This document shows, piece after piece, positions 53,985 to 63,331 of a stretch of DNA of 64,000 nt. This DNA comes from an uncultured Gemmatimonadales bacterium (lineage in GTDB: Bacteria; Gemmatimonadota; Gemmatimonadetes; Longimicrobiales; Gaopeijiaceae), in contig CAWGKG010000020.1 in the NCBI GenBank assembly GCA_963823035.1, positions 340,261 through 404,260 of the forward strand, written 5' to 3'. The translations under genes and the position numbers were made by a program. Positions within the stretch are counted from its first letter, which is position 1, and each line of letters opens with the position of its first letter. A model generated the notes under the pieces. It saw only the letters and a program-made list of their open reading frames with translations. It did not search any database and was not told the DNA's origin.

Positions 53985-55093
53985 ACGCGTCCGGGACGGG
54001 GACCGACGCCGCTTTCGGGCGTTTCTTCCTTCCCGGACCCACCGAGGTGCGCCCGAGGATCCTCGACGCGCAACGTCGGCCCATGATCGGCCATCGCGGC
54101 CCCGACGCCGTCGAGCTGATGGAGGCGCTACAGGCCGGCCTCAGGGAGGTCTTCGACACCGAGCGCCCCGTGTTCGTGTCGTCGTCGTCGGCCACGGGGC
54201 TCATGGAGGCCGCCGTGCGCAACGGCGCGGCGCGCCGCGTCCTGTCGCTGGTGAACGGCGCCTTCTCCGCGCGCTTCGCCGACATCGCCGAGGCCTGCGG
54301 TCGGGAGGTCGACCGGCTCGAGGTGCCCTGGGGGTCGGTCCACGAGCCCGCGCAGGTGGCCGAAGCGGTCCGCGCCGGCCGCTACGAGGCGGTCACGATG
54401 GTGCATTCGGAGACCTCCACCGGGGCGCTGAACCCGATCCGGGAGATCGCCGAGGCCGTGCGCGGCGAGGGCGAGTCGCTCGTGCTGGTCGACTCGGTCA
54501 CGGGCGTGGGCGGCGCCGAGCTGCATGCCGACGCCTGGGGGCTCGACTTCGTGCTCACCGGATCCCAGAAGGCGCTGGCGCTGCCGCCCGGGCTCGCCTT
54601 CGGCGTGGCCTCCGAGCGGATGATGGCGTGCTCCGCGCTCATGGAGGGGAAGGGGGTCTACTTCGACCTGGTGGCGTTCGCGGAGAACCTGACGAAGTCG
54701 CAGACGCCCAACACGCCCGCGCTCTCCCTCCTGTACGCCGCGCGCGTCCAGCTCGAGGACATCCACGTCGAGACGATGGAGCGGCGCTGGGCCCGGCACC
54801 GCGCGATGGCGGAGCGTACCTGGTCGTGGGTCGAGGGGATGGCGGGCGAGCGCGGCGTCGCGCTCCGGGTCATGGCACCCGTGGGTGCACGCTCGCCGAC
54901 CGTGACCGCGGTCGAGATGCCGGGCGGCGCCGGTGCGCCCGCCGTGGTGAAGGCCCTGCGCGAGCGGGGGTGGGTGGTCGGCGGCGGATACGGTGCGCTC
55001 AAGGAGCGCACCTTCCGCATCGGCCACATGGGGGACCACACCGTGGCGGAGCTGGAGGGACTGCTCCGGGCGCTGGAGGAGGTGCTCTCCTGA
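53981..55093 (+). CDS. Class V aminotransferase (alanine-glyoxylate/serine-pyruvate type)
   Basis: PGPT, HSETSTG, VDSV, TGSQKALALPPG, FRIGHMG. Confidence 0.92.
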   Translation: MNASGTGTDAAFGRFFLPGPTEVRPRILDAQRRPMIGHRGPDAVELMEALQAGLREVFDTERPVFVSSSSATGLMEAAVRNGAARRVLSLVNGAFSARFADIAEACGREVDRLEVPWGSVHEPAQVAEAVRAGRYEAVTMVHSETSTGALNPIREIAEAVRGEGESLVLVDSVTGVGGAELHADAWGLDFVLTGSQKALALPPGLAFGVASERMMACSALMEGKGVYFDLVAFAENLTKSQTPNTPALSLLYAARVQLEDIHVETMERRWARHRAMAERTWSWVEGMAGERGVALRVMAPVGARSPTVTAVEMPGGAGAPAVVKALRERGWVVGGGYGALKERTFRIGHMGDHTVAELEGLLRALEEVLS

Positions 55094-55109
55094 GCGGGTG
55101 GGTCGAGGG

Positions 55110-56987
55110 GTGAGCACGTCGAAGCCCCGCGCCGACTACCTGCGCCGCGTCACCGAGCACCAGCTCGCCCGCGACGAGGCGCGCCGAGCCTCGCTGAGGA
55201 TCGGCACGGTACGGCTCCTCACGTTCCTCGCCCTCGCGGCCGCGCTCGTCCTCGTGGACGTGTGGGAGGGGGGCGCCGAACGTCTCGCGCTCGGCGCGGC
55301 GCTCGTCCTCGGAGTCGCGTTCATCGCCGAGATCCGTTGGCACCGGCGGACGCGTCGGCGGGAGGCGTGGCACGAGGCCCTGCGCGCCCTCGCGCACGAG
55401 GGGATCCTCCGCCTCGAGCGACGGTGGCGCGAGCTCGCCGAGGCGCTCCCGCCGGGGGAGCGCGCGGCCGAGACGCCCGGGGCCGCCCACCCCTACGCGC
55501 GGGATCTGGACGTGCTCGGGGAGGCCTCGCTGGTGCGCCTGCTCGGCCCCGTCACGTCGGAGCTCGGGCGGGCGAAGCTGCGCGCATGGCTGCTCGATCC
55601 GTCTCCGCCCGAGCGGGCGCGTGCGCGCGGCGAGGCGGTCCAGGAGCTGGCGCCGGAGGCGGAGCTGCGCTCCGTCCTCGCCGCGCACGGTCGCATGGGT
55701 GCGCTGCCGCGCCCCCGCACCATCGAGCCGTTCCTGGCGTGGGCCGAAGGCACCCCGTGGATCGGCGCCGGGATGCGGTGGGCGGCGTGGCTCCTGCCCG
55801 CGCTGTCGATCGGGCTCGGCGCCGGCGCCTCCTTCCTCGGCTGGCCGCCGCTCTGGGCGCTTCCCGCGCTCGCCCAGGTCGAGGTGCTCCGCCGGACCTG
55901 GCGGCGCATCCACGCCGAGCTCGCGGTCGTGGAGGACGGCGGGCTCCCGCTCCAGGCGTACGGTCCGCAGGTCGGTGTGCTGGAGGGGCGGTCATGGTCG
56001 TCCCCGTACCTGCGGGAGCTCACGGGCCGGCTCGGTGGGGCCGAGGTGCCGGCTTCCCGGGAGCTGCGACGCCTCACGCGCCTTCTCGACACGGTGGAGA
56101 GCCGCCGCAACCTCTTCTACGCGACCTTCGCGCCCTTCCTCCTCCTCGAGGTCCACCTCGCCGCGGCGCTGGATCGCTGGAGGAAGCGCTCCGGCCCCGC
56201 CGTGCGCGCCTGGCTCGAGACGCTGGGCTCCGTCGAGGCGCTGTCCGCCCTGGCCACCACGGCCCACGACCACACGGACTGGTGCTTCCCCGACTTCGCG
56301 GCGGAGGGGCCGACGAAGCTCCGGGCCGAGGCACTCGGCCATCCGCTGCTGCGCCCCGACGCATGCGTCCGCAACGACGTCGAGGTCGGGCCGCCCGGCG
56401 GCTTCCTCCTGGTGACCGGCTCCAACATGTCGGGGAAGAGCACGCTGCTGCGGGCGATCGGCGCGAACGTGGTGCTCGCGCGGGCCGGGGGGCCGGTGTG
56501 CGCGCGCTCCATGACGGTCCCCGAGGTGCGCGTCTGCACCAGCATGCGCGTGGAGGACTCCGTGACCGAGGGCGTGTCCCTCTTCATGGCGGAGCTGCTC
56601 CGGATCCGCGACATCGTCCAGGCGGCGGACCAGCCCGGGGCGCCGCCCGTGCTCTTCCTCCTCGACGAGATCCTGCACGGCACGAACACCGCGGAGCGTC
56701 GCGTCGCCGCGCGTGCGGTGATCCGTCACCTGCTGGCGCGCGAGGCGATCGGAGCGGTCAGCACGCACGACCTCACGCTGGCCGACGCCGCCGACCTGCG
56801 CGCGACCGCCGAGGCCGTGCACTTCCGCGAGCAGGTCGTGTCCGGCGAGGAGGGGCGCACCCGCCTCACCTTCGACTACCTGCTGCGGCCGGGGCTGGCC
56901 ACCACGCGCAACGCGCTCAAGCTCCTCGACGCGGTGGGATTGGGCGGGCTGGAGGGGCTGGACGAGGAGGCGCCGGGCGCGCCCTGA
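55110..56987 (+). CDS. Membrane-anchored MutS-related ATPase (domain V only)
   Basis: N-terminal TMs; HPYARDLD; GHPLL; TGSNMSGKST; DEILHGTN; STHD. Confidence 0.88.
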   Translation: MSTSKPRADYLRRVTEHQLARDEARRASLRIGTVRLLTFLALAAALVLVDVWEGGAERLALGAALVLGVAFIAEIRWHRRTRRREAWHEALRALAHEGILRLERRWRELAEALPPGERAAETPGAAHPYARDLDVLGEASLVRLLGPVTSELGRAKLRAWLLDPSPPERARARGEAVQELAPEAELRSVLAAHGRMGALPRPRTIEPFLAWAEGTPWIGAGMRWAAWLLPALSIGLGAGASFLGWPPLWALPALAQVEVLRRTWRRIHAELAVVEDGGLPLQAYGPQVGVLEGRSWSSPYLRELTGRLGGAEVPASRELRRLTRLLDTVESRRNLFYATFAPFLLLEVHLAAALDRWRKRSGPAVRAWLETLGSVEALSALATTAHDHTDWCFPDFAAEGPTKLRAEALGHPLLRPDACVRNDVEVGPPGGFLLVTGSNMSGKSTLLRAIGANVVLARAGGPVCARSMTVPEVRVCTSMRVEDSVTEGVSLFMAELLRIRDIVQAADQPGAPPVLFLLDEILHGTNTAERRVAARAVIRHLLAREAIGAVSTHDLTLADAADLRATAEAVHFREQVVSGEEGRTRLTFDYLLRPGLATTRNALKLLDAVGLGGLEGLDEEAPGAP

Positions 56988-56994
56988 GCTCCGG

Positions 56995-57103
56995 CTACGT
57001 CAGCGCCTTCCGGTAGGCGTGCCCGCGCGGGATAGCCGAGCTGCGTGCTCAGCTCGGCCAGACGCGCCGCGTCCCCAGGCACGGCCGTTCGGACGGTCAC
57101 CAT
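56995..57103 (-). pseudogene. Internally deleted GNAT acetyltransferase remnant
   Basis: MVTVRTAVPGDAARLAELSTQLGYP joined out of frame to HAYRKALT*. Confidence 0.6.
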
Positions 57104-57116
57104 GGGGTCCAACGCG

Positions 57117-57792
57117 TCAGCCCATCCTCCAGAAGTCTCCCGTCAATCCCACTTCCTCGAAGATCGCCGCCGCCGCCGCGGGCGTGCGTCCGCGCCACCC
57201 TGCCTCCATCCGTCCGTCGTACCAGCGACGCGCCAGCTCCCAGCACGTGTCGAGCGACATCGCGCCGCCGCGCTCCAGATGCTCCCTGGCGCACCAGCGC
57301 GCGATGCCCTCTTCCGACCGGAAGACCAGGTACGTCCCTCAGGTGAAGCCGATGTCGTCCCAGGCGTCGCGGGGCGGCACCACGAAGTGGACCCTGGCCT
57401 CGTCCCCCACCCGCTGCCCGTCGTGCACGCCGAAGGAGATCGGGTCGCCGCTCGCCGCGCACCGCGTCTCGGTCCGACCGTCCACGCCCAGGATGGCCGG
57501 GATGCCCAGGGCGTCCCACACGCAGTTCCCCCAGAAGCGCCCGCGCGCCGTGTCCACCGGGAACACGGTGGCGGTGGCCGAGAAGGGGTTCGCCATCCAG
57601 ATGCCACTCCGGTCGGGGAGCAGGGCGAGGTGATGGTGCGCCTCGAGGGCGTCCAGGGCCGGCCGGCACGTCCGCGAGGGGAACGCCCGTCGCTTCGGCC
57701 AGGGCCTCGAAGGACGGGGCGCGCGTGGTCTCCGCGAAGTGGCGGTACACCTCCGTGCGCAGCGCCCAGTGCCGGGCGTCGAGATCGGCCAC
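57117..57792 (-). CDS. MerB-like (organomercurial lyase fold) protein, probable selenoprotein (TGA at 57339-57341); one frameshift ~57660
   Basis: MANPFS; NCVWDAL (CxxD); TRCAASGDPI; WDDIGFT-TGA-GTYLVFRSEE...GLTGDFWRMG*, open for 73 more codons after the TGA. Confidence 0.85.
57300..57338 (-). promoter_or_regulatory. Putative bacterial SECIS element
   Basis: mRNA after UGA: GGGACGUACCUGG-UCUUCC-GGUC-GGAAGA-GGGCAU; 6-bp perfect upper stem, G-initiated loop starting 20 nt after the UGA, partial lower stem. Confidence 0.7.
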
Positions 57793-57796
57793 GGTC

Positions 57797-59008
57797 TCAG
57801 CCTCCCCCGATCACGCCGTGCCTGCGCAGCACCTCGAGCGTCGCGTCGAGCGGGAGCGCTTCGATGGTGCGGCCGTTGCTCGTGACCGTCTCGGCCTTCA
57901 GCAGCGAGTTGTAGATGGCCTCCTCGGTGGCCTCGACGGTGGCCTCGAAGAGGCCGCTCGTCTGCTCGTTGTGCAGGTCGTCGATGCGGATCACGGACGG
58001 CGTGGTGGCGCGGCGCACGCCGTTGGCCGTCGAGAAGGCGATCACGTAGTCGCCGCTCCCGTTGCTCGCGTACGATCCCGTGCGCGCCAGCCCCATGATC
58101 GCGCGCTTCGCGAGCCGCTCCAGGTTGCGGTCCGAGAGCGGCGCGTCGGTGGCGACCACCATCATGCACGAGCCCCACTCCTGCGGGTCGGCCGCCGGGT
58201 CGTAGCCGGGCGAGCCGCCGGGTGCCGCGCCGCCACCGGGTCGCGAGACGACGTTCGAGAAGGCGTACTGGCCCAGCTCCAGGCCCACCGGCGCGCCGCC
58301 CATCTGGAGGATGCCGCCGAAGTTCGTCTGCACGAGCACGCCCACCGTGTAGCCGCCCAGCGCCTCGGGAAGGACGCGCGAGCTGGTGCCGATCCCGCCC
58401 TTCCATCCGAAGGCGATCGTCCCGGCGCCCGCGCCCACCGCGCCTTCCTGCACCGGCCCGCCCGTCGCCGACTCGAGCGCGGCCACGACCTGCTCCGGCG
58501 TGATCGGGCGCGAGCGGATGTCGTTGAGCGTGCCGTCGTTCGTCTCCCCCACCACCGGGTTGATGGAGCGGACGTTCTCCATCCCGTCGCGCGCGAGCAT
58601 CCACCCGACCATCGCGTCCGCCGCCTTCCACACGCACAACGTGCAGGTGAGGAGGATCGGCGTCTCGAGCTCGCCCAGCTCCCCGACCTGCGTGACGCCG
58701 AGCAGCTTGCCGAAGCCGTTGCCGACGTAGATGGCCGCGGGCACCCGGCTCAGGTACGGGTTGCCCGGGTGCGGCAGGATCGCGGTGACGCCCGTGCGCA
58801 CGTTCGGCGGCTGGACCACGGTGGTCTGCCCGACCCGCACGCCGTCCACGTCCGTGATCGCGTTGTTCACGCCCGGCTGGAAGATCCCGACCACCAGCCC
58901 GATGTCGCGGGCGCGGGGGCGTTCGGCACCCTGCGCCCCGGGGTCCTGGCTCATGGCCGGGGCGGGCGCCAGGAGGAGGGCTGCGGTGAGGAGCACGGCG
59001 GAGCGCAC
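57797..59008 (-). CDS. P1/S58 family (DmpA-like) aminopeptidase
   Basis: NAITDVDGVRVG, NGFGK, ETND, GWKGGIGTSSR, NGSGD, EEAIYNSL. Confidence 0.92.
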   Translation of the reverse strand: MRSAVLLTAALLLAPAPAMSQDPGAQGAERPRARDIGLVVGIFQPGVNNAITDVDGVRVGQTTVVQPPNVRTGVTAILPHPGNPYLSRVPAAIYVGNGFGKLLGVTQVGELGELETPILLTCTLCVWKAADAMVGWMLARDGMENVRSINPVVGETNDGTLNDIRSRPITPEQVVAALESATGGPVQEGAVGAGAGTIAFGWKGGIGTSSRVLPEALGGYTVGVLVQTNFGGILQMGGAPVGLELGQYAFSNVVSRPGGGAAPGGSPGYDPAADPQEWGSCMMVVATDAPLSDRNLERLAKRAIMGLARTGSYASNGSGDYVIAFSTANGVRRATTPSVIRIDDLHNEQTSGLFEATVEATEEAIYNSLLKAETVTSNGRTIEALPLDATLEVLRRHGVIGGG

Positions 59009-59021
59009 GGGCGTACCTCCA

Positions 59022-59924
59022 TCAGGATGGGGGACGAACGGTGTCGAACAGCATGAGGCTCAGGAGCACGGGATGGTAGAGGAGGGAGCCGAAGAAGACC
59101 TTGCGGGCGGCGTCGCTCGTGAAGTCCCGCGTCGCGGACAGGCCGAGCGCGAGGAAGGCGAGGCTGGCCGCGAGCGCGCCGCCGAAGTAGAGCCATCCGG
59201 TGTAGCCGAGCCACGTCGGCACGCCGCTGAGCGGCACCAGGAGGAGCAGCCAGGCGAGCATGTGCCGACTGATGACCTTCCCCGCGGCGTCGTGGGGCGG
59301 GATGAGGCGGAAGCCGACACGGGCGTAGTCCTCGCGCAGCATCCAGGCCAGGCCCAGGACGTGCGGCAGCTGCCAGGCGTACGCGATCGCGAAGAGGCCC
59401 AGCCCCGCCGGGTCGATCCCGCCGCGCGCCGCCGCCCAGCCGATGAGCGTCGGCATGGCGCCCGGCACGCCGCCCGCCAGCGTGGCGAGGTGCGAGTGCC
59501 GCTTCAGCGGCGTGTACACGGCGTGGTACGCCAGCGCCGAGAACGCCGTGAGCAGCGCCGGCAGCGCGCCCGAGAAGAGCGCCAGGTAGACGATGCCGAC
59601 CATCATCAGCGCGACGCCGAAGAGGAGCGCCTGGACGGGCCGCAGCCTCCCGGAGGGGAGGGGACGGCGTTGCGTGCGGAGCATCACGGCGTCGAACTCG
59701 CGTTCGACGTACTGGTTGAGCGCGAGCGCTCCCCCCGTCGCCACTCCGGTGCCCAGCATGACGTGGAGCATCGCCTCGAGCCCCACCTGCCCCCGCGAAG
59801 CGACGTACGCGCTCACCCCCGCCGTGACCATCACGTAGCCGGCGATGCCCGGCTTCGTGAGCTCGTAGAAGGCGCGGGCGACGGATCGGGAGGTCGCCTG
59901 TGTCTGGGGGGGCGAGTCGAGCAT
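59022..59924 (-). CDS. cyoE: Heme o synthase (protoheme IX farnesyltransferase)
   Basis: ELTKPGI, LNQYVERE.D..M.RT..RPLPSG, YTPLKR, WQLPH, DY. Confidence 0.93.
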   Translation of the reverse strand: MLDSPPQTQATSRSVARAFYELTKPGIAGYVMVTAGVSAYVASRGQVGLEAMLHVMLGTGVATGGALALNQYVEREFDAVMLRTQRRPLPSGRLRPVQALLFGVALMMVGIVYLALFSGALPALLTAFSALAYHAVYTPLKRHSHLATLAGGVPGAMPTLIGWAAARGGIDPAGLGLFAIAYAWQLPHVLGLAWMLREDYARVGFRLIPPHDAAGKVISRHMLAWLLLLVPLSGVPTWLGYTGWLYFGGALAASLAFLALGLSATRDFTSDAARKVFFGSLLYHPVLLSLMLFDTVRPPS

Positions 59925-60024
59925 GGAGCGGGTTCGGCCACCGGCGGAAAGCGCCCGACGACCCCCCGGTCGGGGTCGCCGGCGCCTGGAATGTAACCTG
60001 ACTCCCCCGCACGCTCCGAGCGCG

Positions 60025-62730
60025 CTACTCCGACCGTAGCGCCACGGTCGGATCCACCCGGCCGACGCGGCGGGCCGGCAGCCAGGAGGCCGTGGCGCGC
60101 GACCGCCCCCAGGATCACCGGCGCGGCCAGGAGGGCGAGGGGATCCATCGTGCCCACGCCGATCAGGAAGCTGCCGAGGGCGCTGCCGAGCGCGACCGAG
60201 CCGGCCAGACCCAGGAGCGCGCCGACGCCCACGACGGCGAGGCCCCCCCGGACGACCATCCCGACCACCCGGCCCCGCTCCGCGCCCAGCGCCAGGCGGA
60301 TCCCCATCTCACGGGTGCGACGCGCGGCCGCGTAGCTCACCATCCCGTACAGGCCCACGGCGCCCAGCACCAGGGCCAGGCCTCCGACCAGGGCGAGCAG
60401 GAGCGCGGCCATGCGGGGCAGGAAGAAGATGTAGCCCAGGTGGTCGGCCATCGTCTCGACCTTGGAGAGCACGATCGTCGGATCGACCGTCTTGGCGGCG
60501 TCGCGCATGCGGTTCGCGAGCTCCTGCGGCGGCTGCGGGCCGCGGGCCACGAAGTGATACGTGCCGTAGTCCGCTGCTCTGCGCGATCGGCTCGTACAGG
60601 TACGGGCGCGGCGCCTCGGTGAGGCTCCAGATCTTCGCGTCGCCCACCACGCCGACCACCACCGCCTCCTCGTCGTGGTCGTCGCCCAGGTAGACGACCT
60701 TGCCGACCGCCCCGCCGTCGGGCCAGAAGCGGTCCGCGGCCGCCTTCGACATCACGAGCACGCGCTGCGCGTCCGGCGCGTCGCGGTCGTCGAAGCCGCG
60801 GCCCTCCAGGATCGGGATCCCCATCACCTCGAAGTAGCCCGGCGTCACGCCCGTCGACTCGAGGGAATGGTGGTTGGCGTCCGGCGGCGGGTCGACGCCC
60901 GGGATGTCGAGCGAGGTGTTCGTCTGTCCCAGGTCGAGAGGGAGACGACGCGTCGCGGCGACGGCGTCCACGCCCGGCTCCGAAGAGACCTCGCGCACGA
61001 CGTCGTCCACGAACGCGCGCTGCTGGGCGTCCGTGTACTGGTTCGCCCACGTCTCCGCCGTGACCACGGCGGCCGGCGCGGTGGAGAAGCCCACGTCCTG
61101 GTCCGCGGCGCTGCGCAGGCTGCGCACGAAGAGGCCCGCGCCGAAGAGCAGCATCGTGCACACCGCCATCTGGGCGGCGACCAGGAGCTGGCGGGCCCGC
61201 GCCTTCCTGCGGCCGCCGCTCGAGCCCGACTCGTCGCGCAGCGTGGACGGCCACCGGTGCGCGGATGGCGTTGAGCGCGGGGGTGAGGCCGAACACGAGC
61301 GCCGCGAGCACCGAGACGCCCGCGGTGAAGAGGAGGAGGCGCCCGCTCAGCGCCACGTCGAGCCGGATCGGCATCGGGACCGGGAAGTCGATCGAGAGGA
61401 GCATCCGCAGGAAGAGCTGGCCCAGCGCCAGGCCGAGCAGCGCCGCCCAGCCCGGCCAGCACCGCCGCCTCGACCAGGAGCTGCCGGGCGATCGCGCCCG
61501 CGCCGGCGCCCATGGCGACGCGCACGGCCATCTCCTTGCGACGATCCGTGGAGCGGGCCAGGAGGAAGCCCGCCAGGTTCACGCACGCGATGAGCAGGAC
61601 CATGCCGACGGCGACGAAGAGCAGGGCGGCCATCGCCCCGATCGTCTTGTCCAGGTCCGGGTGCAGGAGGATGCTGCCCAGCGGGACGGCCCCGAGGCGC
61701 AGCTCGCTGCGGGACTCCGGGTGCTCGGCGTTGTAGCGGGAGGCCACGGCGTCCACGGCGGGGATCGCGCGCTCGGCGGGGATGCCCGGCTTCATGCGCC
61801 CCGTGATCATGAAGTTGCCGCCGCCCTTCTGGTCCGGCGTCAGGTGCGTGTACATGCTGAGCGGGCACCCAGAAGTCCGTGCCGATGCCCGGCGCGATGC
61901 GGCCCTTGTAGGACGCGGGGGCGATCCCCACGACCGTGTAGGGCCGTCCGTTCAGGCGGATCTGTCCGCCCACCAGTGTCCGGGTCGGCGCCGTAGTGGC
62001 TCCGCCAGAAGCGGTCCGCGAGGACGACGACCGGGTGCGTGCCCGGCGTGGCGTCCTCCTCCGGGAGGAAGGTGCGGCCGCGCTCGGCGGGCACGCCCAT
62101 CACGTCGAAGTAGTTGCCGGTGACCATCTCGCCCATGACCAGCTCGCCCTCGCCGTCCCTCTCGATGTTGCCCATGTAGAGCGTGTGGCCCGCCACGGCC
62201 TCGAAGACGTCGCCGGCGCCCTCGTCCACCAGCTCGTAGATGCGGTAGTTCGTGTAGAAGTGCCGGCCGTCGGGGGTGAGCGAGTAGACGTCCACCAGCG
62301 TGTCCGGGTCGCGCACGCCCCACTCCTGGAAGAGCACGGCGTTCACGAGCGAGAAGATCGCCGTGTTCGGGCCGATCCCCAGCGCGAGGGAGAGCACGGC
62401 GACGGCCGTGAAGGCGGGCGCCTTGCGGATCATGCGCAGGGCGAACTTCAGGTCGGCGAGCAGGGCGGTCATCGTGCCGTCTCCACGTCCGGTGCCGGGC
62501 GACGAGCCCGGGGGCAGGGGCATGCCTCGCGCCTCGCGGCGGAGGCGGAAGAGCGAGGGCGAGAGCACGTCCTTCCAGTAGTGGCGGCGCGCGGCCGAGA
62601 GGTTGCGCGACGCCTCGCGGTGGAACCGTTCCTCCAGGTCGCCGGCGAATCCGTCCCGAACCGTCGCCGGGAGGAGGACGTGCAGGAGCAGGCGCGCGAG
62701 GAGCGGAGGGCGGGAGGGCGCGGGCGACAT
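60025..62730 (-). CDS. ADOP/MacB-type duplicated ABC permease with N-terminal prefix domain (several frameshifts)
   Basis: PPLLAR..GDLEE prefix; DLKFALR; LLIACVNLA; RRTREMGIRLALGA; ends ALRSE*. Confidence 0.9.
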
Positions 62731-62733
62731 CGT

Positions 62734-63087
62734 CTATCCCCGGGCGCCGCCCGGCGCTTCCCCCGGTAGCGTCTCCCCCGGAAGCCCGTCCCAGAGGCGG
62801 TCCATGAGCTGGCGCGTCTCGCGCACGCCCTCGATGCCCGAGGCGGTGATGCCGAAGAACCGCTTCGACTTGCCCCCGCGCACCGGCGTCGGGTCGGAGA
62901 GGTGCGAGCGCACCAGGCCCTTCTTCTCCAGGCGCGTGAGCGTCACGTAGACCGCGCCGTGGGCCACGTCGTGGCCCGTGCGTGCCTCCAGCTCGTCGCG
63001 CACCGCGGCGCCGTAGGCCTCCTCGCCCAGCCGCCAGACGGCCAGCAGGACCTGCTGCTCGAAATCGCTCGGAAGGTTGGGCGGCAC
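62734..63087 (-). CDS. PadR-family transcriptional regulator
   Basis: FEQQVLLAV, YGAAV, GAVYVTLTRLEKKGLV, RGGKSKRFF.IT. Confidence 0.9.
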   Translation of the reverse strand: MPPNLPSDFEQQVLLAVWRLGEEAYGAAVRDELEARTGHDVAHGAVYVTLTRLEKKGLVRSHLSDPTPVRGGKSKRFFGITASGIEGVRETRQLMDRLWDGLPGETLPGEAPGGARG

Positions 63088-63331
63088 GCGGATCGTCTCC
63101 TCGGGAGTGGTCCACCGACGCCCGGCGGTCGGCGGACATTTTCCATACGAGGTAGGGATTATGAGGGTTTCATCGAGCGTGGAGAACGCCTTCCCCGGCC
63201 CACCGTGGGCGGGACGGGCCGAAGCCCTGCGTGCGGCGGCCGACCGTGGGGGAAACCCCTGGACCCATCCCCTAGTAGTAGATAGCGACCCGACGCCGGT
63301 TCTCGGCGTCATGCAGCAGGGCGGGGAAGGC

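Noticed and set aside
59951..59985. GC hairpin upstream of cyoE as a riboswitch/ncRNA
   Set aside because: Simple stem-loop with no recognisable family features
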